Shown: positions 18,214 to 27,047 of the stretch, in pieces | Numbering within the stretch: position 1 is the first letter of the stretch | How the letters are laid out: every line of letters starts with the position of its first letter | Assembly (NCBI GenBank): GCA_963733055.1 | Contig: CAVTBR010000001.1 | Span: 790,925-854,924, forward strand | Source: Candidatus Bathyarchaeota archaeon | Lineage (GTDB): Archaea; Thermoproteota; Bathyarchaeia; 40CM-2-53-6 | Direction of reading: 5' to 3' | Length of the DNA stretch: 64,000 nucleotides | Translations under genes and position numbers: made by a program | The notes under the pieces: model-generated | Databases searched by the model: none | The model's input: only the letters and a program-made list of their open reading frames with translations | What the model was told of the DNA's origin: nothing

Positions 18214-19302
18214 TTGACTCTCGAGTTACTGCAGGTTATCAAGCCTAGCGGTGAGCCAATCGCGAATATGGAGCCAGACATCTCCAAAGACGAGTTGAGG
18301 CGGCTCTACCGTGTAATGGTTCTGACGAGAAACCTGGATACTCGCGGATTACAATTACAACGACAGGGGCGTATAGGGTTCTACATCGGGTGTTTAGGGC
18401 AGGAAGCAGCGCACATTGGAAGCGCCTATGCTTTGAAACCGGAGGACTGGGTTTTCCCCGCATACAGAGAAATAGGTTCAATGCTCCTGCGTGGCATTAC
18501 ACTCAATCAACTTCTCGACCAATACTTTGCGAACGCGGAAGATGTTCAGAAAGGTCGGCAGTTAACCAATCTCTTAGGCGTCAAGACCCTAAACTACGTT
18601 ACAGGATCGGCACCTATAGCCACACAAATTCCACACGCCGTTGGCGCCGCCCTCGCAGCTAAGCTGAGAGGAGATCCGATCGTGACGCTAACCTATTTTG
18701 GAGATGGGGGGACATCTGAAAATGATTTCCACGCAGGAATGAATTTCGCCGGTGTATACAAGACCCCAACCGTATTCTTCTGCCTAAACAATCATTGGGC
18801 AATTTCCCTTCCGGTTGAGCGACAAACCGCCTCTGAAACTATAGCAATCAAGGCCCAGGCTTACGGTTTCGAAGGTGTTCGCGTCGACGGAAATGATATT
18901 CTCGCTGTCTATCGCACCACGAAAGAAGCGGTTGAAAAAGCCCGGAAGGGAGAAGGCCCAACTCTCATTGAAGCCGTCACCTACCGCATGGGCGCACACT
19001 CATCTTCGGATGATCCAAAACGCTACAGATCAGAACAAGAGCTCGAGGAATGGCAGAAACGGGATCCGCTTGTGCGATTCCGAAAGTATCTGGAGAGGAA
19101 GGGAATTTGGAGCGAGGCAGACGAAAAGAAGACACAGGATGAGGCAAATCGCGAGATAGATCAAGCGGTTCAGCACGCTGAGAAATTACCGAAACCCGCC
19201 CTCGAAACTCTATTCACCGACGTGTACGCCGAAATGCCGTGGCATCTCGAAGAACAATTGAAAGGGCTGCGGGAAGAGAAGCAGCAGAGGGACAATAGTT
19301 GA
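18214..19302 (+). CDS. 2-oxoacid dehydrogenase E1 component, alpha subunit (ThDP-dependent)
   Basis: YFGDGGTSENDFHAGMNFA ThDP motif. Followed by the E1-beta and E2 genes. Confidence 0.9.
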   Translation: MTLELLQVIKPSGEPIANMEPDISKDELRRLYRVMVLTRNLDTRGLQLQRQGRIGFYIGCLGQEAAHIGSAYALKPEDWVFPAYREIGSMLLRGITLNQLLDQYFANAEDVQKGRQLTNLLGVKTLNYVTGSAPIATQIPHAVGAALAAKLRGDPIVTLTYFGDGGTSENDFHAGMNFAGVYKTPTVFFCLNNHWAISLPVERQTASETIAIKAQAYGFEGVRVDGNDILAVYRTTKEAVEKARKGEGPTLIEAVTYRMGAHSSSDDPKRYRSEQELEEWQKRDPLVRFRKYLERKGIWSEADEKKTQDEANREIDQAVQHAEKLPKPALETLFTDVYAEMPWHLEEQLKGLREEKQQRDNS

Positions 19303-20273
19303 CTGTTCTGAACGTGGTTCAAGCCGTCAACCACGCGTTACGGGAAGAGATGGCGCGAAATGACAAGGTCATAGTTCTCGGGGAAGACGTTGGCATCGAC
19401 GGCGGTGTCTTTCGAGCAACTGAAGGATTAATCAAAGAATTTGGCCCAAACCGAGTCATCGACACCCCCCTCTCCGAGTCAGGAATCATAGGAGTCTCCA
19501 TCGGGATGGCTCTCTTTGGATTGAGACCTGTATCAGAGATTCAGTTCATGGACTTCATTTATCCAGGGTTCGACCAAATCCAAAGCGAACTTTCAAAGTT
19601 CAGATACAGATCCGGAGGCCAATTCACAACCCCCGTCGTGATCAGAACTCCCTACGGGGGAGGTATCAGAGGCAGCCACTACCACTCTCAAAGCACTGAA
19701 GCATTCTTCGCCCACACGCCCGGGCTTAAAGTTGTGATTCCGGCAACACCCTACGACGCAAAAGGCCTCCTTACATCCGCCATGCGCGATCCGGATCCTG
19801 TCATATTCCTTGAACCCAAGAAAATCTATCGGACAGTCCGCGGAGAGGTTCCCGATGAGGAATATACGGTCCCAATAGGTAAGGCCAACATCGCCCGCGA
19901 GGGTAATGATGTAGTCGTGTTCGCGTATGGTGCTATGCTTCACGTGGCTATGGAAGCCGCGGAACTTGCGGCAGCAAAAGGCGTCAATGTAGAAGTGGTT
20001 GACATTAGAACCATCGCACCCTTCGACATTGAAACAATCATCAATTCGGCTAAGAAAACGGGAAGGGTAGTGATTCTGCACGAGGCATGCAAGACCGGCG
20101 GGTTCGGCGCTGAGATAGCGGCGCAGATTGCGGAACGTTGCATTCTAAGTTTGAAGGCGCCTATCCTACGGGTAGCAGGCTTCGACGTCCCATTCCCATA
20201 CGTTCTCGAAGACGAATACATGCCCAACGCCAACCGCGTCCTAACAGCAATCGAAAAAGTCCACAACTTCTAA
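19299..20273 (+). CDS. 2-oxoacid dehydrogenase E1 component, beta subunit
   Basis: VIDTPLSESGIIG... transketolase-like pyrimidine-binding and C-terminal domains. 4-nt overlap with E1-alpha. Confidence 0.9.
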   Translation: MTVLNVVQAVNHALREEMARNDKVIVLGEDVGIDGGVFRATEGLIKEFGPNRVIDTPLSESGIIGVSIGMALFGLRPVSEIQFMDFIYPGFDQIQSELSKFRYRSGGQFTTPVVIRTPYGGGIRGSHYHSQSTEAFFAHTPGLKVVIPATPYDAKGLLTSAMRDPDPVIFLEPKKIYRTVRGEVPDEEYTVPIGKANIAREGNDVVVFAYGAMLHVAMEAAELAAAKGVNVEVVDIRTIAPFDIETIINSAKKTGRVVILHEACKTGGFGAEIAAQIAERCILSLKAPILRVAGFDVPFPYVLEDEYMPNANRVLTAIEKVHNF

Positions 20274-20293
20274 CCAGGAAATAGTGATACTGA

Positions 20294-21550
20294 TTGGTCT
20301 ACGAGTTCCGCCTTCCAGACATAGGTGAAGGCGTAGCTGAAGGCGAAGTTGTAAAATGGCTGGTAAAGGAAGGAGACTCGGTAAAGGAGAACCAGCCCCT
20401 CGTCGAAATCATGACCGATAAGGTCAACGTAGAAATCCCCTCCCCCAAGCAAGGAATAATCCAGAAACTCATGGCCAAAGAGGGCGAAGTCGTCAAGGTA
20501 GGACAAGCTCTCCTCGCAATAGAAGAAAAAGGTGGACAACCAAGCGCTCCGGGATCAGAAAAAGCACCCGCTCCCACGAAAGCAGCTCCCACTATATCTG
20601 CGAAAACACCCACGGTTTCTAGGCCACAAGAAATCCAAACAACAACTCCCCCTCAAGTTTCACGAAAACCCTCAGAAGTCTTGGCGACGCCTGCGACTCG
20701 AAAGCTTGCGAGAGATCTTGGTGTAGACCTATCTGTTGTTCAGGGAAGTGGCCGCGGCGGCCGAATTACAGACGAAGATGTGCAACGCTTCAAACAGCTA
20801 GGGGGAGCGGTCGCCGCTATAGCTGTGACCACTTCTGGGCCGCGCGGCGTTGAGGAGCGAGTTCCGTTACGAGGAATTCGACGAAAAGTTGCGGAACACA
20901 TGCTCAAATCCAAGAATGCGGCGGCACAAGTAACCCATGTGGACGAAGTTGACATGACCGAAGTCGTCCATCTGAGAGAGAGGGCGAAAGCTTCAGCTGA
21001 GAAGCGTGGAGTAAAGTTGACTTACCTGCCTTTCGTCATGAAGGCCCTAATTCCGGCACTGAAGCAGTACCCGTACCTTAACTCCAGCTTGGATGACGAG
21101 AAACAGGAGATAGTGCTCAAGAAATACTACAACATCGGTATAGCGACCGACACTGAGCAGGGGTTAATGGTTCCTGTGGTCAAGGACGCCGACCACAGAT
21201 CGATAACGCAACTCGCCACAGAAATCGCGACCCTTAGCGAGAAAGCCCACACAGGACAGCTGGCTTTAAATGAAGTTCAGGGAAGCACCTTTACAATAAC
21301 CAACGTAGGCGGAATCGGCGGAGTGTTCGCTACTCCAATAATCAATTACCCAGAAGTCGCCATACTCGGACTCCATAAAATCACCAAACGCCCTATCGTC
21401 AAGGACAACCAAATCACAATCCGTGAGATGACCTACCTCTCCCTATCCTTCGACCATAGAGTACTAGACGGCGCAATGGCAGCCCGGTTCGTAAACGCAA
21501 TCAAACAATACCTAGAGGATCCGAAACTCCTTCTGCTCGAAACCGACTAA
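20294..21550 (+). CDS. Dihydrolipoamide acyltransferase (E2)
   Basis: Lipoyl domain (EIMTDKVNVEIPSP), Ala/Pro linker, E3-binding domain (ATPATRKLARDLGVDL) and catalytic domain with SFDHRVLDG. Confidence 0.9.
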   Translation: MVYEFRLPDIGEGVAEGEVVKWLVKEGDSVKENQPLVEIMTDKVNVEIPSPKQGIIQKLMAKEGEVVKVGQALLAIEEKGGQPSAPGSEKAPAPTKAAPTISAKTPTVSRPQEIQTTTPPQVSRKPSEVLATPATRKLARDLGVDLSVVQGSGRGGRITDEDVQRFKQLGGAVAAIAVTTSGPRGVEERVPLRGIRRKVAEHMLKSKNAAAQVTHVDEVDMTEVVHLRERAKASAEKRGVKLTYLPFVMKALIPALKQYPYLNSSLDDEKQEIVLKKYYNIGIATDTEQGLMVPVVKDADHRSITQLATEIATLSEKAHTGQLALNEVQGSTFTITNVGGIGGVFATPIINYPEVAILGLHKITKRPIVKDNQITIREMTYLSLSFDHRVLDGAMAARFVNAIKQYLEDPKLLLLETD

Positions 21551-21613
21551 ACGACAGTTGTACGTGCGAGTTTCGTCTTCTCATCACGATTATATAGTGC
21601 TCATCTCGGAGCG

Positions 21614-21874
21614 GTGGACAGCGAAGTGAGCGTCTTGTCAAGGAGACCTGAGGGGATGGGTTGGAGAGTGGCAGTGTCTATCGTCGCCTTCTTCGGCTCA
21701 ATAATAGCTGTTATACTGTGGCTATTCTTCTACGCAGGGAGCTTCAACGTGTATCAGAACCTCGCTGTCGTTGTTGTGATCTTCCTAGCCTTCATCGCAG
21801 TGATGGGCGCAACATGGGCCCCCTGGGGCATGAAGCAAGCAGCCTGGTGGACCGACAGAACCAACACTCCGTAA
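21614..21874 (+). CDS. Small two-TM membrane protein, unknown function
   Basis: 86 aa with two long hydrophobic helices and a GTG start. No family recognised. Confidence 0.4.
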   Translation: MDSEVSVLSRRPEGMGWRVAVSIVAFFGSIIAVILWLFFYAGSFNVYQNLAVVVVIFLAFIAVMGATWAPWGMKQAAWWTDRTNTP

Positions 21875-21988
21875 AGACAGAAACGACTGTCCAACCCAGA
21901 TAACCACTAGCTCGTTCCAGCGAAGGCAGTAGCATACTTGTTGCTTGCAATGGTTGCTTAATCGAGAACACGATGAGGAACGAACGCC

Positions 21989-22023
21989 TCGCGTGTGGGG
22001 GTCTAGTGGTGCGCACACACACA
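21989..22023 (+). repeat. Repeat R1: TCGCGTGTGGGGG-TCTAGTGGTGCG followed by (CA)5
   Basis: Shares TCGCGTG..GGTCTAGTGGTGCG with R3 (23658-23686). Differs only in G/GT tract length. Confidence 0.85.
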
Positions 22024-22093
22024 AAACTCCACCTACAATTACCGTGGCCCAACAGGCCAATAGATTTGTTAGTCGCATAGATTCGACGAAAAC

Positions 22094-22519
22094 ATGGAAG
22101 ATATCATCAAGAGATTTAACGAGTGTTCATGGACATATGCAACCGCAACTCTGCACAGAATACATTTTTCGCCGCCTTCAGAAACATTTACGAGTCACCA
22201 ATCGTGCCTGGTTATGGAGAGAGTGGATGGAGGGAAAGAAATGGTGCTCCCCCGCTATATTGGACGCGACGTCAATCTCAAAGAAGTTCGCGCCGTTGCA
22301 GATCTGGCAAGGTTCGAGAATTGGGATGACATATTGCATTTCGTGTTACCGAGACTCCAAGACGAAACTCCACGTCATGAAGCTGCCTCTAAAGAAAGCA
22401 TGAGGCGCATCGTATCAAGAAAGTTAGCCAAACTGTCACCTTGCCTAGCATTGATCGGATTAGTCAGCGTCGTTTTAGCAGCTGTTGCGTTTAGACGCCG
22501 AAAGTCTAGTCGACAATAG
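22094..22519 (+). CDS. Hypothetical protein with a C-terminal TM anchor
   Basis: 141 aa with an ATG start and a C-terminal LALIGLVSVVLAAVAF helix followed by RRRK. No family recognised. The overlapping ORF 21945..22403 is less likely. Confidence 0.4.
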   Translation: MEDIIKRFNECSWTYATATLHRIHFSPPSETFTSHQSCLVMERVDGGKEMVLPRYIGRDVNLKEVRAVADLARFENWDDILHFVLPRLQDETPRHEAASKESMRRIVSRKLAKLSPCLALIGLVSVVLAAVAFRRRKSSRQ

Positions 22520-22686
22520 TCTGCTTTTTCGATTTTGATACGACTGCTTGCCTAACTCCTTCTAGAGGAGACGAGAGAAGATCTCGATGAACGAAACCGT
22601 GGAATTACCAGCAATACAGCGTCAATGAAATTCAAGAGCAAACTAAGCAATGAAATCTTATCATTCACGTATCGCGTCACACAGTC

Positions 22687-23598
22687 GTGTATCGTTCTGC
22701 TAGGTATATTTGCGGGTGGGTAATACGCAGAATCTGTTTTCTGGGGGGGGGGGTGGTATTAGTGGTGCGAGCACCGCAATTTGAACCATCGTTTTTCACG
22801 CATAAAGGTCAAATCGAAAGCCTTAGGTTGTTGAATACAGGATTCCCCATAGAGCAAGAAGAGTTGTCCAGTCCTCTAGCTGTGCCAATCATAGAGCAGC
22901 TCGTCCCAGGCGGATTTGGTTATGGCATGAACATGCTAATCGAATTTGATCCTAAATCCATATGGTACGAAACATCGCTAACGATCGCGGCCCATGCATT
23001 GCGTAGCGGCATAAGGACCGACTACCATACCTTTCAGCATTACCCGACCGAGGTTCTGGAAAGCCTAACCAAGTTTGGGGTAGACATTGAGAAATTGCAG
23101 AAAGAGGGTACACTGAGCATAATTGACAGCTACACAATCCAGCTTGGATTGGGAGCACCCAAGACCCCCACGGGCCGAGTCCAATTCCCTACTCAATCAG
23201 TAAAACTGTCGGATTGGAGTATTTCGCTCTCACAAGAAATGAAAACTGGAGCCCCTGAGGCTGAGAAGAGACGGTTGCATATTGATGATAATACTTCCGT
23301 TCTGCTTCAATATAACGATGAGAAACAATTCATAGATGTGTGGCGAACCCGCGCCGTTCCCATGGCTAGAGGTCGCCAACTTGCATTGTTGCATTCCTTG
23401 GTAACTGGAGTTTACTCGGAAGCATTCTCTCGCCAGTTCGAATCCATCGCGGACGGAATCATTGAACTAAAGAGCGAAGATAAGGGCGGCGAAATCGAAC
23501 ATTCCATTAGAGTTAGGGCGGTTCGTGGCAAGAATTACGATTCGCGATGGCATAAGCTCCAACGACTGGATAACGGCGAAGTCACATTAGCCAAATAG
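22687..23598 (+). CDS. KaiC/RecA-superfamily domain protein lacking the Walker A P-loop
   Basis: ...VPGGFGYGMNMLIEFDPKSIWYETSLTIAA...RLHIDDNTSVLL...IIELKSEDKGGEIEHSIRVRAVRGKNYDSRWHKL. This is KaiC-like architecture with FDPKSIWY where GxPGxGKT is expected. There is no in-frame ATG before the domain, so the start is uncertain (GTG ~22753-22768). Confidence 0.65.
   Translation: MYRSARYICGWVIRRICFLGGGVVLVVRAPQFEPSFFTHKGQIESLRLLNTGFPIEQEELSSPLAVPIIEQLVPGGFGYGMNMLIEFDPKSIWYETSLTIAAHALRSGIRTDYHTFQHYPTEVLESLTKFGVDIEKLQKEGTLSIIDSYTIQLGLGAPKTPTGRVQFPTQSVKLSDWSISLSQEMKTGAPEAEKRRLHIDDNTSVLLQYNDEKQFIDVWRTRAVPMARGRQLALLHSLVTGVYSEAFSRQFESIADGIIELKSEDKGGEIEHSIRVRAVRGKNYDSRWHKLQRLDNGEVTLAK
22735..22792 (+). 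repeat. Repeat R2: GTTTTC-G11-tract-TAGTGGTGCGAGCACCGCAATTTGAACC
   Basis: Aligns with R3 over about 50 nt (22/27 identical in the core). Contains G11 at 22743-22753. Confidence 0.8.
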
Positions 23599-23657
23599 GT
23601 TTCTAGAAGTAACCTAGATGGTGCGGTGCGGCAAGCAAATTCGATCTGGACTGGTTT

Positions 23658-23708
23658 TCGCGTGTGTGTGTGGGTCTAGTGGTGCGGGCGACTGAATTTG
23701 AACTCGTC
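23658..23708 (+). repeat. Repeat R3: TCGCG(TG)5GG-TCTAGTGGTGCGGGCGACTGAATTTGAACTCGTC
   Basis: Its 5' part matches R1 and its 3' part matches R2. It translates as VVRATEFELVFL..., similar to VVRAPQFEPSFF at the 5' end of the KaiC-like ORF, then hits a stop. Confidence 0.85.
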
Positions 23709-23892
23709 TTCTTAAGACTGCAATTAAACTAAGTGGACCAGAGTAACGTAGCTTTGTCATCCGTCGATATTTCTGCGTGCAATCGAGTAGGTTGAAGGTA
23801 GTCCATAGTACGGGCGATTCTATCTCCTATCTTCAGGAACATTAATTTTAATCCATGATTTCGCTTCATAAATCTGAATTTAGGGGTTAAGA

Positions 23893-25284
23893 ATGGCACA
23901 GAAGTCCGAAGCGGTTGTGCTTGGGAGTGGGCCAGGAGGCTACGTTGCGGCCATTAGACTTGGGCAGCTCGGAAAGGAAACGGTTCTCATAGAGAGAGAG
24001 AAACTAGGCGGGGTATGCCTAAACATCGGATGCATACCCTCGAAGGCACTGATCCGCATCGCGAAGTTAAAACAGCGGGTAGAGGCTGCGAAACAGATTG
24101 GCTTAGAGGCAACTGGAGTCCATGTAGATTTTCCTAAAGTGCAAGCGTGGAAACAGGGGGTAGTAGATCGACTAGTATCCGGTATCGATTACCTACTCAA
24201 AGGAAACAATGTCAAGCTCGTGAAAGGAACCGGGAAATTCATTGACGCTCACCAGCTCGAAATCAAGAGCGAGAGTGGGACAGAAGTCATTGAAGCGAAG
24301 GACATAATCATAGCAACGGGTTCGCGTTACTTCGATCTTCCCGCTTTCAAGTTCAACGGAACCAGCATAATCAGCTCAACCGAAGCGCTTTCGCTTCAAG
24401 AAGTCCCCAAGAAGTTGGCCATAATCGGAGGGGGCGTGTCTGGGTTGGAGATGGGAACTATGTACGCCCAACTTGGGACGAAGGTAACCGTAATTGAAAT
24501 GTTAGACCAACTCCTCCCCGGAACCGACATCGACCTAGTCAGGATCGTCGAAAGGTCACTTCGAAAACTTGGCATCGAATACCACGTCAAATCCAAGGCC
24601 AAGGAGTTCCACGACGGGAAGATCTACGCAACCCTAGAGGACGGAAAGGAAGGCGCATTTGACGCTGACAAGGTCTTGGTCACCGTGGGCAGACGCCCAA
24701 ACAGCGACGATATCGGTTTGGAGAAGGTTGGGGTCCAGCTTGATTCGCACGGGTTCATTCAAGTCAACAAGAAAATGCAAACCAACGTACCGGGGGTCTA
24801 CGCGATAGGGGACGTGGTAGGTCCTCCCATGCTCGCGCACAAAGCCTCCAAAGAAGGAATAGTGGCCGCGGAGGTTATTGCGGGAATGAGCAGTGAAGCT
24901 GACTTTCACGCAATCCCAGGAGTCATATTCACCGATCCCGAAATCGCAACCGTCGGCCTCACCGAGTCACAAGCGAAAGAAAAAGGGTACGATCCAATCG
25001 TTGGAAAGTTTCCATTCACAGCCCTGGGACGCGCACTCCTAGCTGGCGAAACTGAAGGATTCGCCAAGATAGTGGCGGACAAGAGCTCTGATCTGGTTCT
25101 CGGCGTCCACATAGTTGGCTCGGAAGCCTCAGACCTAATCAGCGAAGCAGCTCTCGCTATAGAAATGGGAGCAACACTAGAAGACATTGGACTCACAGTT
25201 CACCCCCACCCCACTTTACCGGAAGGCGTGATGGAGGCGGCGGAAGCAGCAAAAGGAAAAGCGATTCACATCCTACAAAAATGA
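23893..25284 (+). CDS. lpdA: Dihydrolipoamide dehydrogenase (E3)
   Basis: GSGPGGYVAA FAD motif, redox-active GGVCLNIGCIPSK, NAD-binding GGGVSGLE, and the C-terminal HPHPTLPE dimerisation motif. Confidence 0.92.
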   Translation: MAQKSEAVVLGSGPGGYVAAIRLGQLGKETVLIEREKLGGVCLNIGCIPSKALIRIAKLKQRVEAAKQIGLEATGVHVDFPKVQAWKQGVVDRLVSGIDYLLKGNNVKLVKGTGKFIDAHQLEIKSESGTEVIEAKDIIIATGSRYFDLPAFKFNGTSIISSTEALSLQEVPKKLAIIGGGVSGLEMGTMYAQLGTKVTVIEMLDQLLPGTDIDLVRIVERSLRKLGIEYHVKSKAKEFHDGKIYATLEDGKEGAFDADKVLVTVGRRPNSDDIGLEKVGVQLDSHGFIQVNKKMQTNVPGVYAIGDVVGPPMLAHKASKEGIVAAEVIAGMSSEADFHAIPGVIFTDPEIATVGLTESQAKEKGYDPIVGKFPFTALGRALLAGETEGFAKIVADKSSDLVLGVHIVGSEASDLISEAALAIEMGATLEDIGLTVHPHPTLPEGVMEAAEAAKGKAIHILQK

Positions 25285-25945
25285 CAACGAAAGGAAACCT
25301 ACTCGACCTCGGCCAACGAGAGTACAATGAAGTATGGAAACTCCAGCGCAAGCTCGTTGATCTCCGCCGAGGAAACTGATCCCAGACAGCCTAATCCTTG
25401 TGGAGCACCCACACGTCTTCACAGTAGGCAAAGCCGTGTCTGGCGATATTCCTCCACAAATCGATGGCGTCCCAGTAATCCGAGTAGAGCGGGGTGGTCA
25501 GTGGACATATCACGGTTTGGGACAGATCGTGGGCTACCCAATTCTCGACTTGAATGAGAGAGAGCGAGACATTCATAGATTCCTGAGAAACATCGAACAA
25601 ACACTGATTCTGACAATTGGCGAGTTCGGCATAGCCGGGGGGCGAGGGGAGCAGACTGGTGTGTGGGTTGGTAGCAAGAAGATTGCTTCGATTGGGGCGG
25701 CGATTAGAAACTGGGTAAGCTTCCATGGCTTCGCGCTCAACGTGAACACGGACTTGAGTTACTTCTACAAGATTAACCCGTGCGGGTTCTCTGGTTCAAC
25801 CATGACCTCGATGAAAGCCCTGCTTGGCAGAGAACTGAAGCTCCGTGAGGTAAAAGAACAAGTTCGAAGAAGGTTTGAGGAAATCTTCCATCTTGACCTA
25901 GATGAAGCGAGTGTCGATACCCTAGAACAAACTGTGGTTACGTAG
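25281..25945 (+). pseudogene. lipB: Octanoyl/lipoyl transferase LipB with an apparent 1-nt deletion (frame change near 25361-25376)
   Basis: ATG 25281 overlaps the lpdA stop (ATGA) and gives MTTKGNLLDLGQREYNEVWKLQRKLVDLRRGN*. The next frame continues LIPDSLILVEHPHVFTVGK...RGGQWTYHGLGQIVGYPILDL... Confidence 0.8.
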
Positions 25946-25964
25946 CTCTCCTATTGAATTACAA

Positions 25965-26216
25965 TTACGCTACGTGACCGAACTTGTAACTCGCGATTGC
26001 CCTACAGTTACCGCATGTCGCGTAACCAAACTTATCAACGGTGAATTTCGTGCGAGATCCACAGGCCTGGCAGATCCCAGTAAATCCTTTTAGCTTTCCC
26101 GAATCCGGGTCCTTTGGCTCCAGCTTCTTTTCCGCGGCTTTCTCCGCGAAAACTTTGGATCGTTTCTGTTCTTCGTTCAATTTCCGCAGGTATGAGGACG
26201 GAAGCTTTCTAGGCAT
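25965..26216 (-). CDS. Small zinc-ribbon protein
   Basis: 83 aa with a basic N-terminus and CQACGS...CGNC motifs. Confidence 0.5.
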   Translation of the reverse strand: MPRKLPSSYLRKLNEEQKRSKVFAEKAAEKKLEPKDPDSGKLKGFTGICQACGSRTKFTVDKFGYATCGNCRAIASYKFGHVA

Positions 26217-26288
26217 GGTTATATCATCACCATAACCGTGCCAATATATTGTTTCGATTGCTCCGTCAAACTAAGCTGAGATCCACGG

Positions 26289-26720
26289 CTAAGCGTGGGC
26301 ATCTAGTCGACTCAATATGCTGGTATTTGCAGGGAACTTATTGAGAAGTTCCTTGTCCTCGGTAACGAGTCTTGTGCTTAGCCTTTTGGCGAGAGCCACA
26401 TAGCAAGCGTCATAGACGGTTATGTCTTCTCTGAGGCTCAGTTGGGCCGACAGCTCAAGTAGTTTCCCTCTAGGCCTCCATATTTCGAAACGGTACTTAC
26501 TTAGAGACTTGGCCGCCAACGCGAGATCTGTTTCGTTGAATACGCCGCTGAATCGTAAAGCGTTCGTTACTTCATAGAATAGGAGCGTTGGGACGGCCAG
26601 TCTGAGGCGCCCTGTAGCGAATTCATCTCTCAACCTGATGGCTTGATTGGAGTTCGCTTCAACTAGGAACCATTTGGTGACGACAGATGAGTCGACTACG
26701 TACTCGTCCTTCTTCGCCAC
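26289..26720 (-). CDS. vapC: PIN-domain toxin VapC
   Basis: YVVDSSVVTKWFL...VPTLLFYEVTNAL...DACYVALA...LVTEDKEL carries the PIN acidic residues. Confidence 0.85.
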   Translation of the reverse strand: MAKKDEYVVDSSVVTKWFLVEANSNQAIRLRDEFATGRLRLAVPTLLFYEVTNALRFSGVFNETDLALAAKSLSKYRFEIWRPRGKLLELSAQLSLREDITVYDACYVALAKRLSTRLVTEDKELLNKFPANTSILSRLDAHA

Positions 26721-26947
26721 TGCTTTATCACTCGCAAGCTGTTCCAGTCCTTGGGCGCCGCGCGTTTCACCCTTTCATTCAGAATGATCGCTTCCGCCAT
26801 GTCGCTCTGACCTTCCTCCTCAATCCTCTGACGTATCATCTCCCTGATTACTTGGCTCCAGTTCTCCTCGGACTTGGTCATCTTTTCCTTTAACGCCGAA
26901 GGGAGAGTTATCGTAGTTCTGACGAGTTTTTCAGTTCCCATTATCAT
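26696..26947 (-). CDS. vapB: VapB-type antitoxin (ribbon-helix-helix-like)
   Basis: 83 aa with RTTITLPSALKEKM at the N-terminus. Overlaps the vapC start by 25 nt. Confidence 0.65.
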   Translation of the reverse strand: MIMGTEKLVRTTITLPSALKEKMTKSEENWSQVIREMIRQRIEEEGQSDMAEAIILNERVKRAAPKDWNSLRVIKQWRRRTST

Positions 26948-27047
26948 ACCAGTAATACTAGTAATATTATTTGGTACTTAAGCAACTCGGCCGGGGGATT
27001 CGAACCCACCAATATCTTAGGTACAATCACTTTTCGGGCATGAGAAA

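Noticed and set aside
21989-23708. R1-R3 repeats as a CRISPR array or MITE.
   Set aside because: There are only three copies, at irregular spacing of about 0.75 and 0.9 kb, with genes between them. They lack terminal inverted repeats and have partial, differing overlap between copies.
26980-27012. tRNA-like T-arm/acceptor fragment on the minus strand (GGTGGGTTCGAATCCCCCGGCCGAG) next to the VapBC pair. It could be a tRNA gene or an integration att remnant.
   Set aside because: The T-stem has a mismatch. There is no complementary 5' acceptor strand, D-arm or anticodon arm within 60-120 nt, because the region runs straight into the bicupin 3' end. No integrase is nearby. At most it is a relic, and this cannot be supported.
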